A stretch of 64,000 nt of DNA from positions 2,022 through 66,021 of the IMG/VR virus record IMGVR_UViG_3300044542_000416. One strand, given 5' to 3'. The position numbers and the translations under genes are program-made. Positions 1 to 10,112 of the stretch are shown here, piece by piece; positions within the stretch are counted from its first letter, which is position 1; each line of letters starts with the position of its first letter. The notes beneath the pieces were generated by a model, which made no database searches, was not told the origin of the DNA, and saw only the letters and a program-made list of their open reading frames with translations. Source of the stretch: a virus.

Positions 1-197
1 ACACTATTATCCGCCTCCATTTTCGCAAGAATCTGTGCCCCTGTGAAATCACTTGCCGGAAGTGCAGCATCCGCTTTATCGGCATTGGCTTTCATCTGTG
101 TGTCTATTATGTCGGCATTGTTGTTAAAGTCGTCTATATTATATGTATCTGTGCTCGCTGGTTTTGTTAAATTATAATTTGTTGTGCTATCAGCCAA
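1..197 (-). CDS. Tail fibre protein, N-terminal part (truncated by window edge)
   Basis: Not in ORF track. TTG at 197 gives MADSTTNYNLTKPASTDTYNIDDFNNNADIIDTQMKANADKADAALPASDFTG, closely matching the N-terminus of the prophage 2 fibre (35753-36928). Confidence 0.85.
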   Translation of the reverse strand, partial: MADSTTNYNLTKPASTDTYNIDDFNNNADIIDTQMKANADKADAALPASDFTGAQILAKMEADNS

Positions 198-741
198 GGT
201 CTTGAACCTCCCCTCTAATTTCCGCATGTGTATATGATGCTAAGTGCACATGCGTATATGATGTTAATTGTCCGTGTGTGCGGTATTTAAAAGTATAATA
301 AATTGCTAAATGCGCCGGCTTAATCTGCTCTATTGCATCTTTCAAGCCGTCAAGGTCCGTAGGTATGCCATAAATAGATACAAATTGTACATGTATCTTG
401 CCACTTAAAAACTCAACCTCTACTGCCCCATTATGCCAACTGTCAGCAATTAACTGTATTAGCTCCAAGTCGGATTTACTGCCCATTTTCCATTTAGCTG
501 AAATAGCAGACCGTCTGTCTGCAAGATTAAGACTTGTATTTGTTGTTATGCCAAGCTCTTTTTCATAAATCATCAAACCATCTTCGATGGCAGTATCAAA
601 AAACATTTGGTTAACTATTTCGTCAAGCAAGTCTCCGATTTTGTCCATTTCTACGCCTGCGGAGTTAAACAATTCATTTACCCAAGGGTCGTCTCTATAA
701 AGTTTGTTTAAATAACTAATCATGTCTGTTTTACTACTCAT
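190..741 (-). CDS. xkdU: Baseplate protein, XkdU/YmfQ (DUF2313)-like
   Basis: Follows baseplate J; IKPAHL motif typical of the family. Confidence 0.85.
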   Translation of the reverse strand: MSSKTDMISYLNKLYRDDPWVNELFNSAGVEMDKIGDLLDEIVNQMFFDTAIEDGLMIYEKELGITTNTSLNLADRRSAISAKWKMGSKSDLELIQLIADSWHNGAVEVEFLSGKIHVQFVSIYGIPTDLDGLKDAIEQIKPAHLAIYYTFKYRTHGQLTSYTHVHLASYTHAEIRGEVQDLG

Positions 742-1792
742 TTACAGTCACCGTCCCAAGTATTGCTACTTCTTTATCGCCAATTGTTATATTAGCCGTT
801 CCGCTGTTTATAAGTAAATTCGAATAATCAGAAACGCCGTCTGTGTTAAGTATAGCGTCTCCGATTTTTGCATAAGAAACATAGTCTTGCTGAAAGGCAA
901 TGCTTTGTAAATATGTAGTTATGCTATTCTCTATGGCTGTTGTAACATCTGCTAAAACATATCCAGATATAAGAGACACCGTAACAGATACATTTACGTT
1001 TAATCCTGTTGCACTTGCTACCGTACAATATGCCCCGATTGGTGCTTCACCTTCACCGGTGCCGCTGATGTTAGGATCTATATACTCTTGCACCGCTGCA
1101 ATAAGGCTGCTGTCTGCAACGCCTTTGTCGTTGTTTATAATTACTACCTGTACAGTATTGTCACCATTCCAAAGCGGAAATACTTTTGCGTCACCAACGC
1201 CGGATACAGATTTCGCCCATTGTTTGTAATGGTATATGTTTCCACTTGTGGCAGGCTCTTGCAAGGCTTCATAATATCTATCCCTTAAAGCCGTATCCGT
1301 TTCTTCTGCATAGCCACCAACTGCCGCATTTGAGTTTGTAACCGCCGTAATCCCGGCAATGGTAACAGGTATAACGGTAATGCTGTTTGCTCCAACGTTT
1401 CCTGTTTCGCCTGCTGCAACTGCTTGTACGGTCACTGTCCCGCTTGATGTAATTGTGACTGTTTCTGTAGCTTCAAACTGTATGCCGCCTGTGCTTTCAA
1501 ATAAATCACCCTCGGTAATAGTTCCGGTCCCAGTAACGGTTAAATCACACGTGGCATATGTAGCAATTTTACGTTCTATGCCTTTTCTTTGCGACACAAA
1601 CCTTGTCAATTCGTCACCTGTCAAATTATCAACGTCCAGTTTGTCTTCAACCGTCTGTGCCTCTGTCAGCAAAGTTAATGCCTCAATTGCAAATGCTCTT
1701 GTTAAATCGTAAGTCGGATATCCTTCTGTTTTTTGATAACTGTCGTCAATGTTATTAAGCATTTCACTATGTATTGTATCAACATCAGACAT
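734..1792 (-). CDS. xkdT: Baseplate J-like protein (XkdT)
   Basis: GGYAEETDTALRDRY, SGNIYHYKQWA, VFPLWNGDNTV motifs. Confidence 0.93.
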   Translation of the reverse strand: MSDVDTIHSEMLNNIDDSYQKTEGYPTYDLTRAFAIEALTLLTEAQTVEDKLDVDNLTGDELTRFVSQRKGIERKIATYATCDLTVTGTGTITEGDLFESTGGIQFEATETVTITSSGTVTVQAVAAGETGNVGANSITVIPVTIAGITAVTNSNAAVGGYAEETDTALRDRYYEALQEPATSGNIYHYKQWAKSVSGVGDAKVFPLWNGDNTVQVVIINNDKGVADSSLIAAVQEYIDPNISGTGEGEAPIGAYCTVASATGLNVNVSVTVSLISGYVLADVTTAIENSITTYLQSIAFQQDYVSYAKIGDAILNTDGVSDYSNLLINSGTANITIGDKEVAILGTVTVNE

Positions 1793-2219
1793 TAACGCTC
1801 ATCTCCCCACTTGCCCCGTCTTTGAGATTGACTGTAAAATTTATTGTCAAAACTCCGTTGTCCCTCGACGCGGAATAGTTGCTCATGCTGTCGATTGACG
1901 GATTTAATGCCAAACCTTCTTGTATTTCTCTTTTAAGTTCACTGTAAATAAACCCTATCGGTACACTTTTGTAACCTATTAATTCATCTGTAGATACCCC
2001 AAAACTGTCTCCGTAAATCGGATATTTCCCAGGTTTCGTTCTTATTAAAAGTTCTACCCATTGTTTGACAGCCTCTATGCTTGTAGGTTCATCAACCGCC
2101 CCGTCAGTTATTTCAAATTTTTTATCGGTATAGTCAAAAGCAAAAGAACGACCAACGGTTGCCTTTTCTTCTTCCGTCTGTGTATCTATTGTAAAATTAC
2201 TTTCGTCAATAGGAAACAT
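1785..2219 (-). CDS. xkdS: Baseplate wedge protein XkdS/DUF2634 (gp25-like)
   Basis: Position upstream of baseplate J; SELKREIQEGL motif. Confidence 0.85.
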   Translation of the reverse strand: MFPIDESNFTIDTQTEEEKATVGRSFAFDYTDKKFEITDGAVDEPTSIEAVKQWVELLIRTKPGKYPIYGDSFGVSTDELIGYKSVPIGFIYSELKREIQEGLALNPSIDSMSNYSASRDNGVLTINFTVNLKDGASGEMSVNV

Positions 2220-2485
2220 TACGCTATCACCCCTATCGCTGCAAATTTCTGTTCACCTACAGCCAATACTTTTTTACCTATTACATCAACCTCTTTGGCT
2301 GTGGTACGCCAATTATGAAAGCTTTCTGTTTCTATAAGTTTTCCGTTGGTTTCTGATGCAGTTAACTCACCGTCCAAAGTCGTCATTACAAATGGCGATT
2401 TGCTTTTTATTTCAAATATAAAAAAAAGAGGCCGCTCTTTCGGCTTTGCCTTCAATGCTTTTGCTAAATTGTAATCCCAGCTCAT
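2219..2485 (-). CDS. Baseplate spike-like protein XkdR/DUF2577
   Basis: Position between hub and wedge genes; size. Confidence 0.6.
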   Translation of the reverse strand: MSWDYNLAKALKAKPKERPLFFIFEIKSKSPFVMTTLDGELTASETNGKLIETESFHNWRTTAKEVDVIGKKVLAVGEQKFAAIGVIA

Positions 2486-3459
2486 ACACTTTTCACCCTC
2501 TTTATTGTCAAGGCCATTGTGTGTGTTGCTCCGTAATTATGTGTAACCTCAGTTACTATAAAATATCCTGCTATTCCATAGGCAGTTGAACTAAATTCCA
2601 GCATAACACCGCTTTTCACAGCATCCGAACCTAACATATTGCCAACACTGTAATCTTCCGTTACTACGTCTAATTCTTTCAGCTTGTTCTTAGCTATCAT
2701 GTTTGAATTTTGAGTAGATTCAGAGTCTAAAGTTTCAATGTGCTGTAAAAGACCGTATTTGCTTATGCTTGTGCTGTCCTGTGCATTAGCAAGATTTTTC
2801 ACAACCTCATTATCATTTTTAATTACTTTTACGCTGTTTTTAAGCTCTTCAATGCTCTTGCTTCCGCTTACTTCACCCAACAGCCAAGTAACATCAAAGC
2901 TATTACCACTCACTTGTTTATAAAGTGCTGTAATCGGTTTTGTGGGATATGTGTATATATTAAGTTTGCCTTGTTCTATCTTGTATAAATAGTTTTTCCC
3001 CTGTTCTGCCGTTGTCTGGTCAATAATATCTTTTAAAATATCTGCTGGAGTCATGCTTATATAATTCTTGTTTATTATCGTAGGCATTGAAGCTATAGAG
3101 CCTATAGGAATAGACATTTTGTTACACATCATTTTAATGGCATTTGCAGCTGATACTTTATTGCACTGCAGTATCATTTCGGATTTATTTAAGTAAAAAC
3201 CGTAATCATTTGCTTTTATGCTTCCGTCAAAGCCAGCACTTAAAACAATGCCCCGAAATATCTCTGTATTGTCATTTTTAAAAAGTATTTTGTCACCGCA
3301 GTTAATAATAGGCGCAGAGGCAGTTAAATATTTATCTTTGGGATTTTTAACAATACTGAAATTCATTTCTACACTCAGGCTGTCAATATTATCCGTAGTA
3401 GTTAAATTGCTTATAAAGTCAGTAATTTCCGTACCATTGCAATATAGCTTATACATCAA
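2482..3459 (-). CDS. xkdQ: Baseplate hub protein XkdQ/YqbQ-like
   Basis: 325 aa; SISKYGLLQ motif; gene order. Confidence 0.85.
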   Translation of the reverse strand: MMYKLYCNGTEITDFISNLTTTDNIDSLSVEMNFSIVKNPKDKYLTASAPIINCGDKILFKNDNTEIFRGIVLSAGFDGSIKANDYGFYLNKSEMILQCNKVSAANAIKMMCNKMSIPIGSIASMPTIINKNYISMTPADILKDIIDQTTAEQGKNYLYKIEQGKLNIYTYPTKPITALYKQVSGNSFDVTWLLGEVSGSKSIEELKNSVKVIKNDNEVVKNLANAQDSTSISKYGLLQHIETLDSESTQNSNMIAKNKLKELDVVTEDYSVGNMLGSDAVKSGVMLEFSSTAYGIAGYFIVTEVTHNYGATHTMALTIKRVKSV

Positions 3460-3460
3460 A

Positions 3461-3877
3461 TCACCCTGCCTTTACAAATACATATTCTCTTAAGTTAAGA
3501 GTGTAATTAATATCTCCGACTTTATCCGTAGAATATGTAAAATTATCTATCGTACAAGCCATATTAAGCCGTTCCACTACACCCTCTGTTATAACAATCC
3601 TAATAGGTACCTTCTTTGCTCTCCAGCGTTCAAAGAAGTCCACACAGTCGTGTCCATCAGCGCTTGAATTAGCTTTTTGAAAAAAGTAATTTTTGTTCAC
3701 AGGAAAGAAAGACGATATTTCCAAAGTCCTTAAACCTACGTTTCCTATGATGTTTAAGTCCATAGATAACCCTGTGTACGTGTCATTTGCCTGCACCTGC
3801 TCTATAGAAATATCAGGAGGTACAACAGGAAGTACCATAATTTCTTGTCTGTTATTTGCCGAAAATACTATATCCAT
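3461..3877 (-). CDS. Tail tube initiator, XkdP-like without LysM
   Basis: LPVVPPDI, SSFFP, GDINYTLNLREY motifs; directly after tape measure gene. Confidence 0.75.
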   Translation of the reverse strand: MDIVFSANNRQEIMVLPVVPPDISIEQVQANDTYTGLSMDLNIIGNVGLRTLEISSFFPVNKNYFFQKANSSADGHDCVDFFERWRAKKVPIRIVITEGVVERLNMACTIDNFTYSTDKVGDINYTLNLREYVFVKAG

Positions 3878-3890
3878 TTATACCTCCCCT

Positions 3891-5780
3891 TTACATATTG
3901 CCATATGCGGCAATAACTTTGTTTGCAACTACACCGCCTATGTAATCGGCATATTGCTCATTGCCTATCATATTCCCCTGTACATTTAAACTTACATTAA
4001 TATTAATATTCTTGTTTTGCTTTGTGGCCACATCATGCGGTACTATCTGTGTTCCATTCGGGAGGTTTACTATCTCGCCTCTGCCACCCTCATTTATGCG
4101 TGTCTGCCCGCCTGAAAAATAAGATGTTCCAGTTGCGTGTCTGCCCGCCTTTTTCGGGTCTGACATAACACCTAAAACATACTTTGCCCCCGAAAATAAA
4201 GTGCCAATAACAGGTACGTCCTGTACTTTCTTAGCCAAGTTATTAAGCTTATCTTCTACACCTGTAAAAAATCCATATACTTTTTCTTTCGCTGCATCAA
4301 AAGCACCGGTTATGCTATCTCGTATGCCGCCGAATACCTCTGTAATTTTGTCCCACAGCTCCGACGCTTTCCCTTTAACAGCATCCCAATTTTTATAGAG
4401 CAAAACTCCAACCGCAATAAGTGCCCCAATTCCTAAAACTACCCATCCTATAGGACTGGCTATAAAGGCGGCATTTAATGCCCACTGTGCTGCTGTGAGT
4501 GCTGCTGTAGCCCCTGCCGATATAAGCTGTGCGCCTTTAAGCGCTAATAATGCAACCTTTTGTCCTACAAGCATAGCTTTGTTTACAATCCATGCCAACG
4601 TATTTTTTGCAACAGCAGCAGTACCAGTAATAATAGATTTTACAAAATCGCCTGCATATAACGCCTTTAAATATAAAGTCTCTGCTGCATCGGCTATTTT
4701 AACTCCTTTTAACAATGTAAAAGCCGCCGTTAAGCCATGCACTACAGTTGTAAATGTTTTGAAAACCGATATAACAGATACTAAAATATTGTAAGACACT
4801 AAAGCAATAAATAAGCCTTTTGCAGTTGGCAATAACCAATCCATGTTATCTTTTAGCCATTTTACAGCCGTTGTTGCGAAATTCACAGCATTTGTAAACA
4901 TTTCACTCACTTGCTTGCTTATTTGTTCAAGCTGCCCACTTTGCTGAAATTCTGCCATTGCATCAGCAGCTTTTTTTATTATTTCTTTCAGTTTTTCAAG
5001 AGGGCTCCCTGCTGCTATACTACCATCCGTAGACATACCAACAATTTGGGCTAATGCCGATTTTGTTACTCCTGTAACTGTAGACCATAAACCTTTAACC
5101 GTTGTAGCCTGTTTTTCCATGCCTCCTGCGAATTTATCTTGCATCAATGAAGTCATAGCTTCGTTAAATTTTTCCTGGTCTACTATCTGTCCTTTGTTGT
5201 TAACTACTTCAACATTTTTAAACATTTCTCCGGCTTTTTTTGTAATGTCCGCTTTTTTGATGCCGAACTCTTTGAGTCTTTCCAGTTCTCCGGTCTGCGC
5301 ATCAATTAAAGCCTCCGTCGCTTGGTCAAAATCCTTATTTGTAGCTGCTGCCATATCTCCGGCAAGCGGCAGCCACTTTTTAGCACTCATGCTCATTGAT
5401 TCAAATTTTGATGCCGCTTCTACTAACTCGCCACCCTCAAATGGTGTTTTATTTGCTAAGTCGATAGAGTATGTCATTATGTCAGCAGCTTTTTTTGTAT
5501 CTTTTGTTGCGGTTTCAAGCTGTAACCTATAACCTTCAAGGTCGAATGCCTCTTTAAAGCCTGTACCTATTGCCGCACCTGCTAACGCCGTGCCCATTGC
5601 GCTGACACCTTTTACTGCATTTAAAAACGTTTTGTTTACCTTTGTGCCAAAATCACCAACTACATTTGCGGCTTGTTTTACTTGTCTTTGCAGTTTTTTT
5701 GTTTCCGATGTGGCGCGCTGCGCAGGGTCAGTAAATTTGTCAATTAGTGATAGTAAAACATTAATACCTTTATATGCCAA
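3891..5780 (-). CDS. Tail tape measure protein
   Basis: 629 aa, Ala-rich; ANKTPFE, GELERLKEFG, INEGGRGEIVNLP motifs; hydrophobic central segment. Confidence 0.92.
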   Translation of the reverse strand: MAYKGINVLLSLIDKFTDPAQRATSETKKLQRQVKQAANVVGDFGTKVNKTFLNAVKGVSAMGTALAGAAIGTGFKEAFDLEGYRLQLETATKDTKKAADIMTYSIDLANKTPFEGGELVEAASKFESMSMSAKKWLPLAGDMAAATNKDFDQATEALIDAQTGELERLKEFGIKKADITKKAGEMFKNVEVVNNKGQIVDQEKFNEAMTSLMQDKFAGGMEKQATTVKGLWSTVTGVTKSALAQIVGMSTDGSIAAGSPLEKLKEIIKKAADAMAEFQQSGQLEQISKQVSEMFTNAVNFATTAVKWLKDNMDWLLPTAKGLFIALVSYNILVSVISVFKTFTTVVHGLTAAFTLLKGVKIADAAETLYLKALYAGDFVKSIITGTAAVAKNTLAWIVNKAMLVGQKVALLALKGAQLISAGATAALTAAQWALNAAFIASPIGWVVLGIGALIAVGVLLYKNWDAVKGKASELWDKITEVFGGIRDSITGAFDAAKEKVYGFFTGVEDKLNNLAKKVQDVPVIGTLFSGAKYVLGVMSDPKKAGRHATGTSYFSGGQTRINEGGRGEIVNLPNGTQIVPHDVATKQNKNININVSLNVQGNMIGNEQYADYIGGVVANKVIAAYGNM

Positions 5781-5934
5781 GCATCTTCGCCCTCCTTTCC
5801 AGTTCGATTTCCATAGCAGCTATATAAAACAGTTTTTCGTAACTGCTAAGGTTAACTAAATCTTCAAGCTTTTGGCCGCATTGCAGGTAATGAGCTATCA
5901 TATATAGTTCATCGTCCTGCAATATTAGTTTTTT
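5770..5934 (-). CDS. -1 frameshift extension of tail assembly chaperone (gpGT equivalent)
   Basis: Slippery A AAA AAC (5928-5934) just before the stop; -1 frame open: LILQDDELYMIAHYLQCGQKLEDLVNLSSYEKLFYIAAMEIELERRAKMLGI*. Confidence 0.8.
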   Translation of the reverse strand, partial: KKLILQDDELYMIAHYLQCGQKLEDLVNLSSYEKLFYIAAMEIELERRAKMLGI

Positions 5935-6335
5935 GTTTCTTTTTTTGCCTCACTTATGCTTTCATTTAAACCATAAAAATCTCCGGCTTTTTCTGCTACA
6001 TATGCGATTGCTTTCATATTATCGTTAAAAATCGCAGTTACAATGTCATAAGGCTCTGCAATTTTATCAGCATAAGCTTCTTGCAGCTTTTTATCTTGAA
6101 GAATAGGGCAAAACTTATATACGAGTTCTTTGTAATATTCCAAACTGCCTTGAGATGTCCTTATAATATCTTTGTAATTATCTGTTATTCCCAAGAAAAC
6201 ATTTAAAGGTAGTTTCTTTAATGTAAGAGTACCGCCAAGTTCTTTCACATATACTTCTTTATATTCAAGCTTATCATTTTGACTCTGCTGTTTTCTTGCA
6301 ATAAGTTGTTCGAGTGTTATTTTTTTGTTGTCCAT
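5925..6335 (-). CDS. Tail assembly chaperone (XkdN-like)
   Basis: Between tube and tape measure genes; ends KN-stop on a slippery site. Confidence 0.85.
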   Translation of the reverse strand: MDNKKITLEQLIARKQQSQNDKLEYKEVYVKELGGTLTLKKLPLNVFLGITDNYKDIIRTSQGSLEYYKELVYKFCPILQDKKLQEAYADKIAEPYDIVTAIFNDNMKAIAYVAEKAGDFYGLNESISEAKKETKN

Positions 6336-6366
6336 AGATATAATTCCTCCTTAAAATAAGCATAAT

Positions 6367-6392
6367 AAAAGCACCCCAAAGGGTGCTTTTAT
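6367..6392 (-). terminator. Intrinsic terminator of the tail-operon moron
   Basis: AAAAGCACCC-CAAA-GGGTGCTTTT inverted repeat with A/T tracts. Confidence 0.75.
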
Positions 6393-6435
6393 TAATTTAC
6401 TAATAATATGTGGCATTGGTAGATTTTTATAATGT

Positions 6436-7248
6436 TTATTTTAATGCTAAAGTGCATCCTACAAGTGTTAAATATTGACCATCAGTAACTGTTACATATT
6501 TATCTCCTTGAAAATTATCGTTTGAAACAATTGAACTTAATTGCCCTGTGCTGTCTGTTGTGACTTCAATATAACCCTCAGAGTCGGAATGTACTTTGTA
6601 TTCTCCTGCTGGTATATCAAAGCCTACTTTATACATTCCATCTGATAGTTCTCCACTGCTTGTATCCGTAGGAGTAGCATCTGCTACAGCAATCATATTG
6701 CTCATTTTTAATGTGAGATATTCCCCATTTTTTACAGTTAAATAGCGAGTCCCTGAAAAAGTATCATTGCTTATAATGCTTTCAAGATTCCCCGTACTGT
6801 CACTTGCCAATTCATAATAACCCGCTGTTCCATTTGAAACTATTAAATATTCCCCCGCTCCAATATCTGAGCCTATTTTGTACATTCCGTCATTATAGGT
6901 TTTAATAGCTGGCGTAGCAGGCTCGCTTTTAGTTTCTTTTTGTACCGGCTGAGTTGATTGTACCTGTGATATGGTCGCCTGCTCTTTAGGCTCTGTTGCC
7001 TGCTTTTTTTCGCTGCTCTGTGCATCTGCAACCGCTTGATTTGTACTATCGGTATAACTGCTATTGCCCCCTCCTGCAACACCTGATATTTGTCTGATAA
7101 ATACAAAGCAAAATACCACGGTTACAATAATTTTTGCAGCCTTACCCCATGTTTTATATTTCCACATTAGGAATAATCCTATCGGGGCAAATATAATAAG
7201 CATAAGTATAATAAACCATGTCTTTTGATAAAACCTTTCTTTTCCCAT
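6436..7248 (-). CDS. Moron: membrane-anchored surface protein with two tandem beta-rich repeats (possible superinfection exclusion)
   Basis: ATG at 7248 after GGAGG; two N-terminal TM helices; S/Q/T linker; duplicated DGMYK(I/V)GxDIxAGEY domain; own TG-n-TAAAAT promoter and terminator. Confidence 0.75.
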   Translation of the reverse strand: MGKERFYQKTWFIILMLIIFAPIGLFLMWKYKTWGKAAKIIVTVVFCFVFIRQISGVAGGGNSSYTDSTNQAVADAQSSEKKQATEPKEQATISQVQSTQPVQKETKSEPATPAIKTYNDGMYKIGSDIGAGEYLIVSNGTAGYYELASDSTGNLESIISNDTFSGTRYLTVKNGEYLTLKMSNMIAVADATPTDTSSGELSDGMYKVGFDIPAGEYKVHSDSEGYIEVTTDSTGQLSSIVSNDNFQGDKYVTVTDGQYLTLVGCTLALK

Positions 7249-7315
7249 AACTAATCCTCCCTTTTTAGATGCTTTATAGGGATATTTTATCACAATTCAA
7301 AATATATTGCCACAT

Positions 7316-7753
7316 TTAAGCCGAAATCTTGTCGAGATATTCAAAAGCTGATGCCTTAAACGGTACTTCTTCCTCACCGATTGTTTTTCTCTCAAATTTC
7401 ATCAATGATACTTCGTCAAACGTAACTCCGGTTAAATGTATTCTTTCCGCACCGTATGCTGCCGGGTCTTTAAGCCTTGAAACTATCTCTATGTCCGGCA
7501 AAACTCCGCTTGTTATACCGTCCTCTAATAATGCGCCGATGTTATCGTCTGTCTTGTGCATTGTTATTGTACCCTCTATTGCATATCCCATATATTTTTG
7601 AGATGTTCCAAGTTCTTCGGCAATTGCAACTTCTTCATAGTTAAGTGTTAGTTTTGCTTCAAAGCTTTTTACATTTGCATATAAATTACCATTTATCCAT
7701 ACGCGCCCAAAAGCACCGTTGATAATTCTGTTTGAATTAAATGTACTTGCCAT
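7316..7753 (-). CDS. xkdM: Tail tube protein (XkdM-like)
   Basis: INGAFGRVWING, LKDPAAYGAERI, EEEVPF motifs. Confidence 0.9.
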   Translation of the reverse strand: MASTFNSNRIINGAFGRVWINGNLYANVKSFEAKLTLNYEEVAIAEELGTSQKYMGYAIEGTITMHKTDDNIGALLEDGITSGVLPDIEIVSRLKDPAAYGAERIHLTGVTFDEVSLMKFERKTIGEEEVPFKASAFEYLDKISA

Positions 7754-7766
7754 TTTTTACGCCTCC

Positions 7767-8840
7767 TTACGCCATTGTGATGTTGAATGTCAAATCTTCA
7801 ATGGCATCAAGTATCTTTATATCTCCTGCAAGGTAAACATTAGATTGGAATGTCATGTCTTTTACTTTAGCATCATCCCATTCTGCCGCCTCGGTTTCGC
7901 CTGTTGCAAGCCATGCGTCACGCTGTGCCTCGATATCTATGGTGGCGGCATTAGAATAGCTATTGTCAAGAATATCTTCTTTTGCAAGGCTCTTAAAATA
8001 AGAGTTTATAGCAGAAATGAACAAAGATTGATTGTCATAGTTGTTTTTGTAATGTCCAACATAGTTATTCTTAAACTCTGTACTTATGTCAGCAAGTATT
8101 AAATCCATGGCCTCCACAATAGTAATCTTTTTCATATCTGCCGAAACGCCGCTTGTCAGAGTTACAAGACTGTTTACCCCTCTCGCAACTCTAACTTCGC
8201 CGTCATCGTTAAACAAAATAAATTCTCCGTCGTCTATTGCTGCATTAACATCCGCAGGCTCAGCAACGCTTTCAAGGTCTGTAAGAACATAATATGTAGA
8301 ACTTCTCGTGAACGGAAGTCCTGCAAGCATACCAGCAAGGCGTGGGAGATATAAATATCCGCTTATTGCTGTTTCGCCAACTCTGGTTACTGTAGTATTC
8401 GTAAAGTTTACTACATGCATATTATCAGTAGTAGTAGCGTTAAATACAATAGCCTTGTATTTGTAGTTCTTACTGTTTTGATTCTTGCTTATTATATATG
8501 TTGCAACTGCCTGTTGCTCGCCGTCAGAATTGTCTACAAAGCATAGCCAGTTATATTTAAGTGTATTAAGTATTGTTGTGGCATCCGAAAATGTTTCTGT
8601 TGTGGCAATTCTTACAACAATAACTTTTAACGGTGTGCCTAAAAATGCACTTTGTATCGCTGTAAGGTTTTCTGCTGTATAGTCTTCCGATTTAACATCT
8701 GTACTGTATAGATATGTTTGTGTCGCAAAAGAAGTATTCGTGTCATCTTTTACGACAATACAAACAATGCCGTTTTCACTTCTCTTAATTGCTGAAACTG
8801 CATCTTTTGTAAAATTAATCAGGATTTGTGGCAATCCCAT
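7767..8840 (-). CDS. Tail sheath protein (short type)
   Basis: MGLPQILINF start; VARGVNSL, KKITIVEAMDLI motifs. Confidence 0.92.
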   Translation of the reverse strand: MGLPQILINFTKDAVSAIKRSENGIVCIVVKDDTNTSFATQTYLYSTDVKSEDYTAENLTAIQSAFLGTPLKVIVVRIATTETFSDATTILNTLKYNWLCFVDNSDGEQQAVATYIISKNQNSKNYKYKAIVFNATTTDNMHVVNFTNTTVTRVGETAISGYLYLPRLAGMLAGLPFTRSSTYYVLTDLESVAEPADVNAAIDDGEFILFNDDGEVRVARGVNSLVTLTSGVSADMKKITIVEAMDLILADISTEFKNNYVGHYKNNYDNQSLFISAINSYFKSLAKEDILDNSYSNAATIDIEAQRDAWLATGETEAAEWDDAKVKDMTFQSNVYLAGDIKILDAIEDLTFNITMA

Positions 8841-8845
8841 TTTTA

Positions 8846-9286
8846 TCACTCCTTTTTAATATTAAGATTAAGATTTTCAATGTATTCGCTTTCGTCCGTG
8901 TCGTCGGGTATCTGAGCTGTAGTTATGTCAAAAGTTACTTTCAATGCCATATCAAGGCTGCTTATATCGTAATTTATATTTTCAGCATGAATAAAAAAAT
9001 CACCGTCTACATTTATTCGCTTTCGGAGTAAATTGGTAAATTGATTTCTTATTTTTAATAGCTCCAAAAAACCTTTGTTTATGCTGTCGGCAAAATAATA
9101 AACAGCTATATTATGCGTTTGCTGAATAAAATCTTCTGAAAGGTCGTCACTGCCCCCTTCTACATCAATATATATGCAAGGCCTTTCGTATCCCTTTTTT
9201 CTATCCTTATTCATAATATTTGCATTTGGGAAGGCGGCCTCAACGGTTTCTGTAATGGCTTTTATGCTTTCAATAATTGTTTCCAT
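8846..9286 (-). CDS. Tail terminator / completion protein
   Basis: Immediately upstream of sheath; GYERPCIYI motif. Confidence 0.75.
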   Translation of the reverse strand: METIIESIKAITETVEAAFPNANIMNKDRKKGYERPCIYIDVEGGSDDLSEDFIQQTHNIAVYYFADSINKGFLELLKIRNQFTNLLRKRINVDGDFFIHAENINYDISSLDMALKVTFDITTAQIPDDTDESEYIENLNLNIKKE

Positions 9287-9753
9287 TATCTCAACCCTTT
9301 CTCAAGCATTTCATCAATGAATTTGCCGACATCATCAGGAAAAATATTTTTGAATTGAATGTCAGCACGGCCCATAATGTGCTTACCTTCTACATTCCGT
9401 TCTTTATTACTTTTAATATAAAGAACTTGTCCGTTTGAGCTTGTAACAGGAATTGTAGTTAAATGATGCCCATACTCAATTAAATGCGCATGTGGCGCTG
9501 TATTTTTTGCCCTTATCTGGTATTCATCACCATTATAAAGATATGGTGCGCCATGAGTTAAGCCCCTTAAAAGATTGCCGGTTTTCTTTTTGGTTTCCGA
9601 CCTGTAGCCTTTTCTTGCATTTCTGTTTAAGGCATTAGCTTCTCTACGTAAAAACGCTTTTGTCTCTCTCGGAAATTCTACTTGAGCAAGTTGTACCATT
9701 TCATCGTTAAATTCCTCTATCTCACTTGTATCAAATCCGCTTTCAACTGCCAT
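9286..9753 (-). CDS. HK97 gp10-like neck protein
   Basis: TGNLLRG, APHAHLIEYGH motifs; start moved to ATG 9753. Confidence 0.85.
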   Translation of the reverse strand: MAVESGFDTSEIEEFNDEMVQLAQVEFPRETKAFLRREANALNRNARKGYRSETKKKTGNLLRGLTHGAPYLYNGDEYQIRAKNTAPHAHLIEYGHHLTTIPVTSSNGQVLYIKSNKERNVEGKHIMGRADIQFKNIFPDDVGKFIDEMLEKGLR

Positions 9754-10099
9754 AATCAAACACCACCTTGCAGAATATTTCAAGCCGTTCGTGGTTATTA
9801 TATGGGTCCATAATATACAAAATATCATACCTCTGCCCTTTATAGACAAACCACATATCCGGCTTTATATCTGTTCTGTATCTTGTTATAATTTTGTGTG
9901 TTGTCTGGCTTAACTCAGTGTCGGCACTTCTTCCGCTTAAAAGGCTGCCGGTTTGAGGAATAACCCCGGCCCATATGTCTTTAAGTTTGGTTTCGACTAT
10001 ATTATATTGACCAAGCTCGTTTTTTTCTATAGCTTTGGCATTGTACCAAAGTTCTATTTTATGGTTTAAAAGGCTTGTTAGATTATCCGTATTAAGCAT
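9743..10099 (-). CDS. Head closure / head-tail adaptor
   Basis: THKIITRYRTDIKPDM...YDILYI motif. Confidence 0.85.
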   Translation of the reverse strand: MLNTDNLTSLLNHKIELWYNAKAIEKNELGQYNIVETKLKDIWAGVIPQTGSLLSGRSADTELSQTTHKIITRYRTDIKPDMWFVYKGQRYDILYIMDPYNNHERLEIFCKVVFDYGS

Positions 10100-10112
10100 T
10101 TAGTAATCGCCT

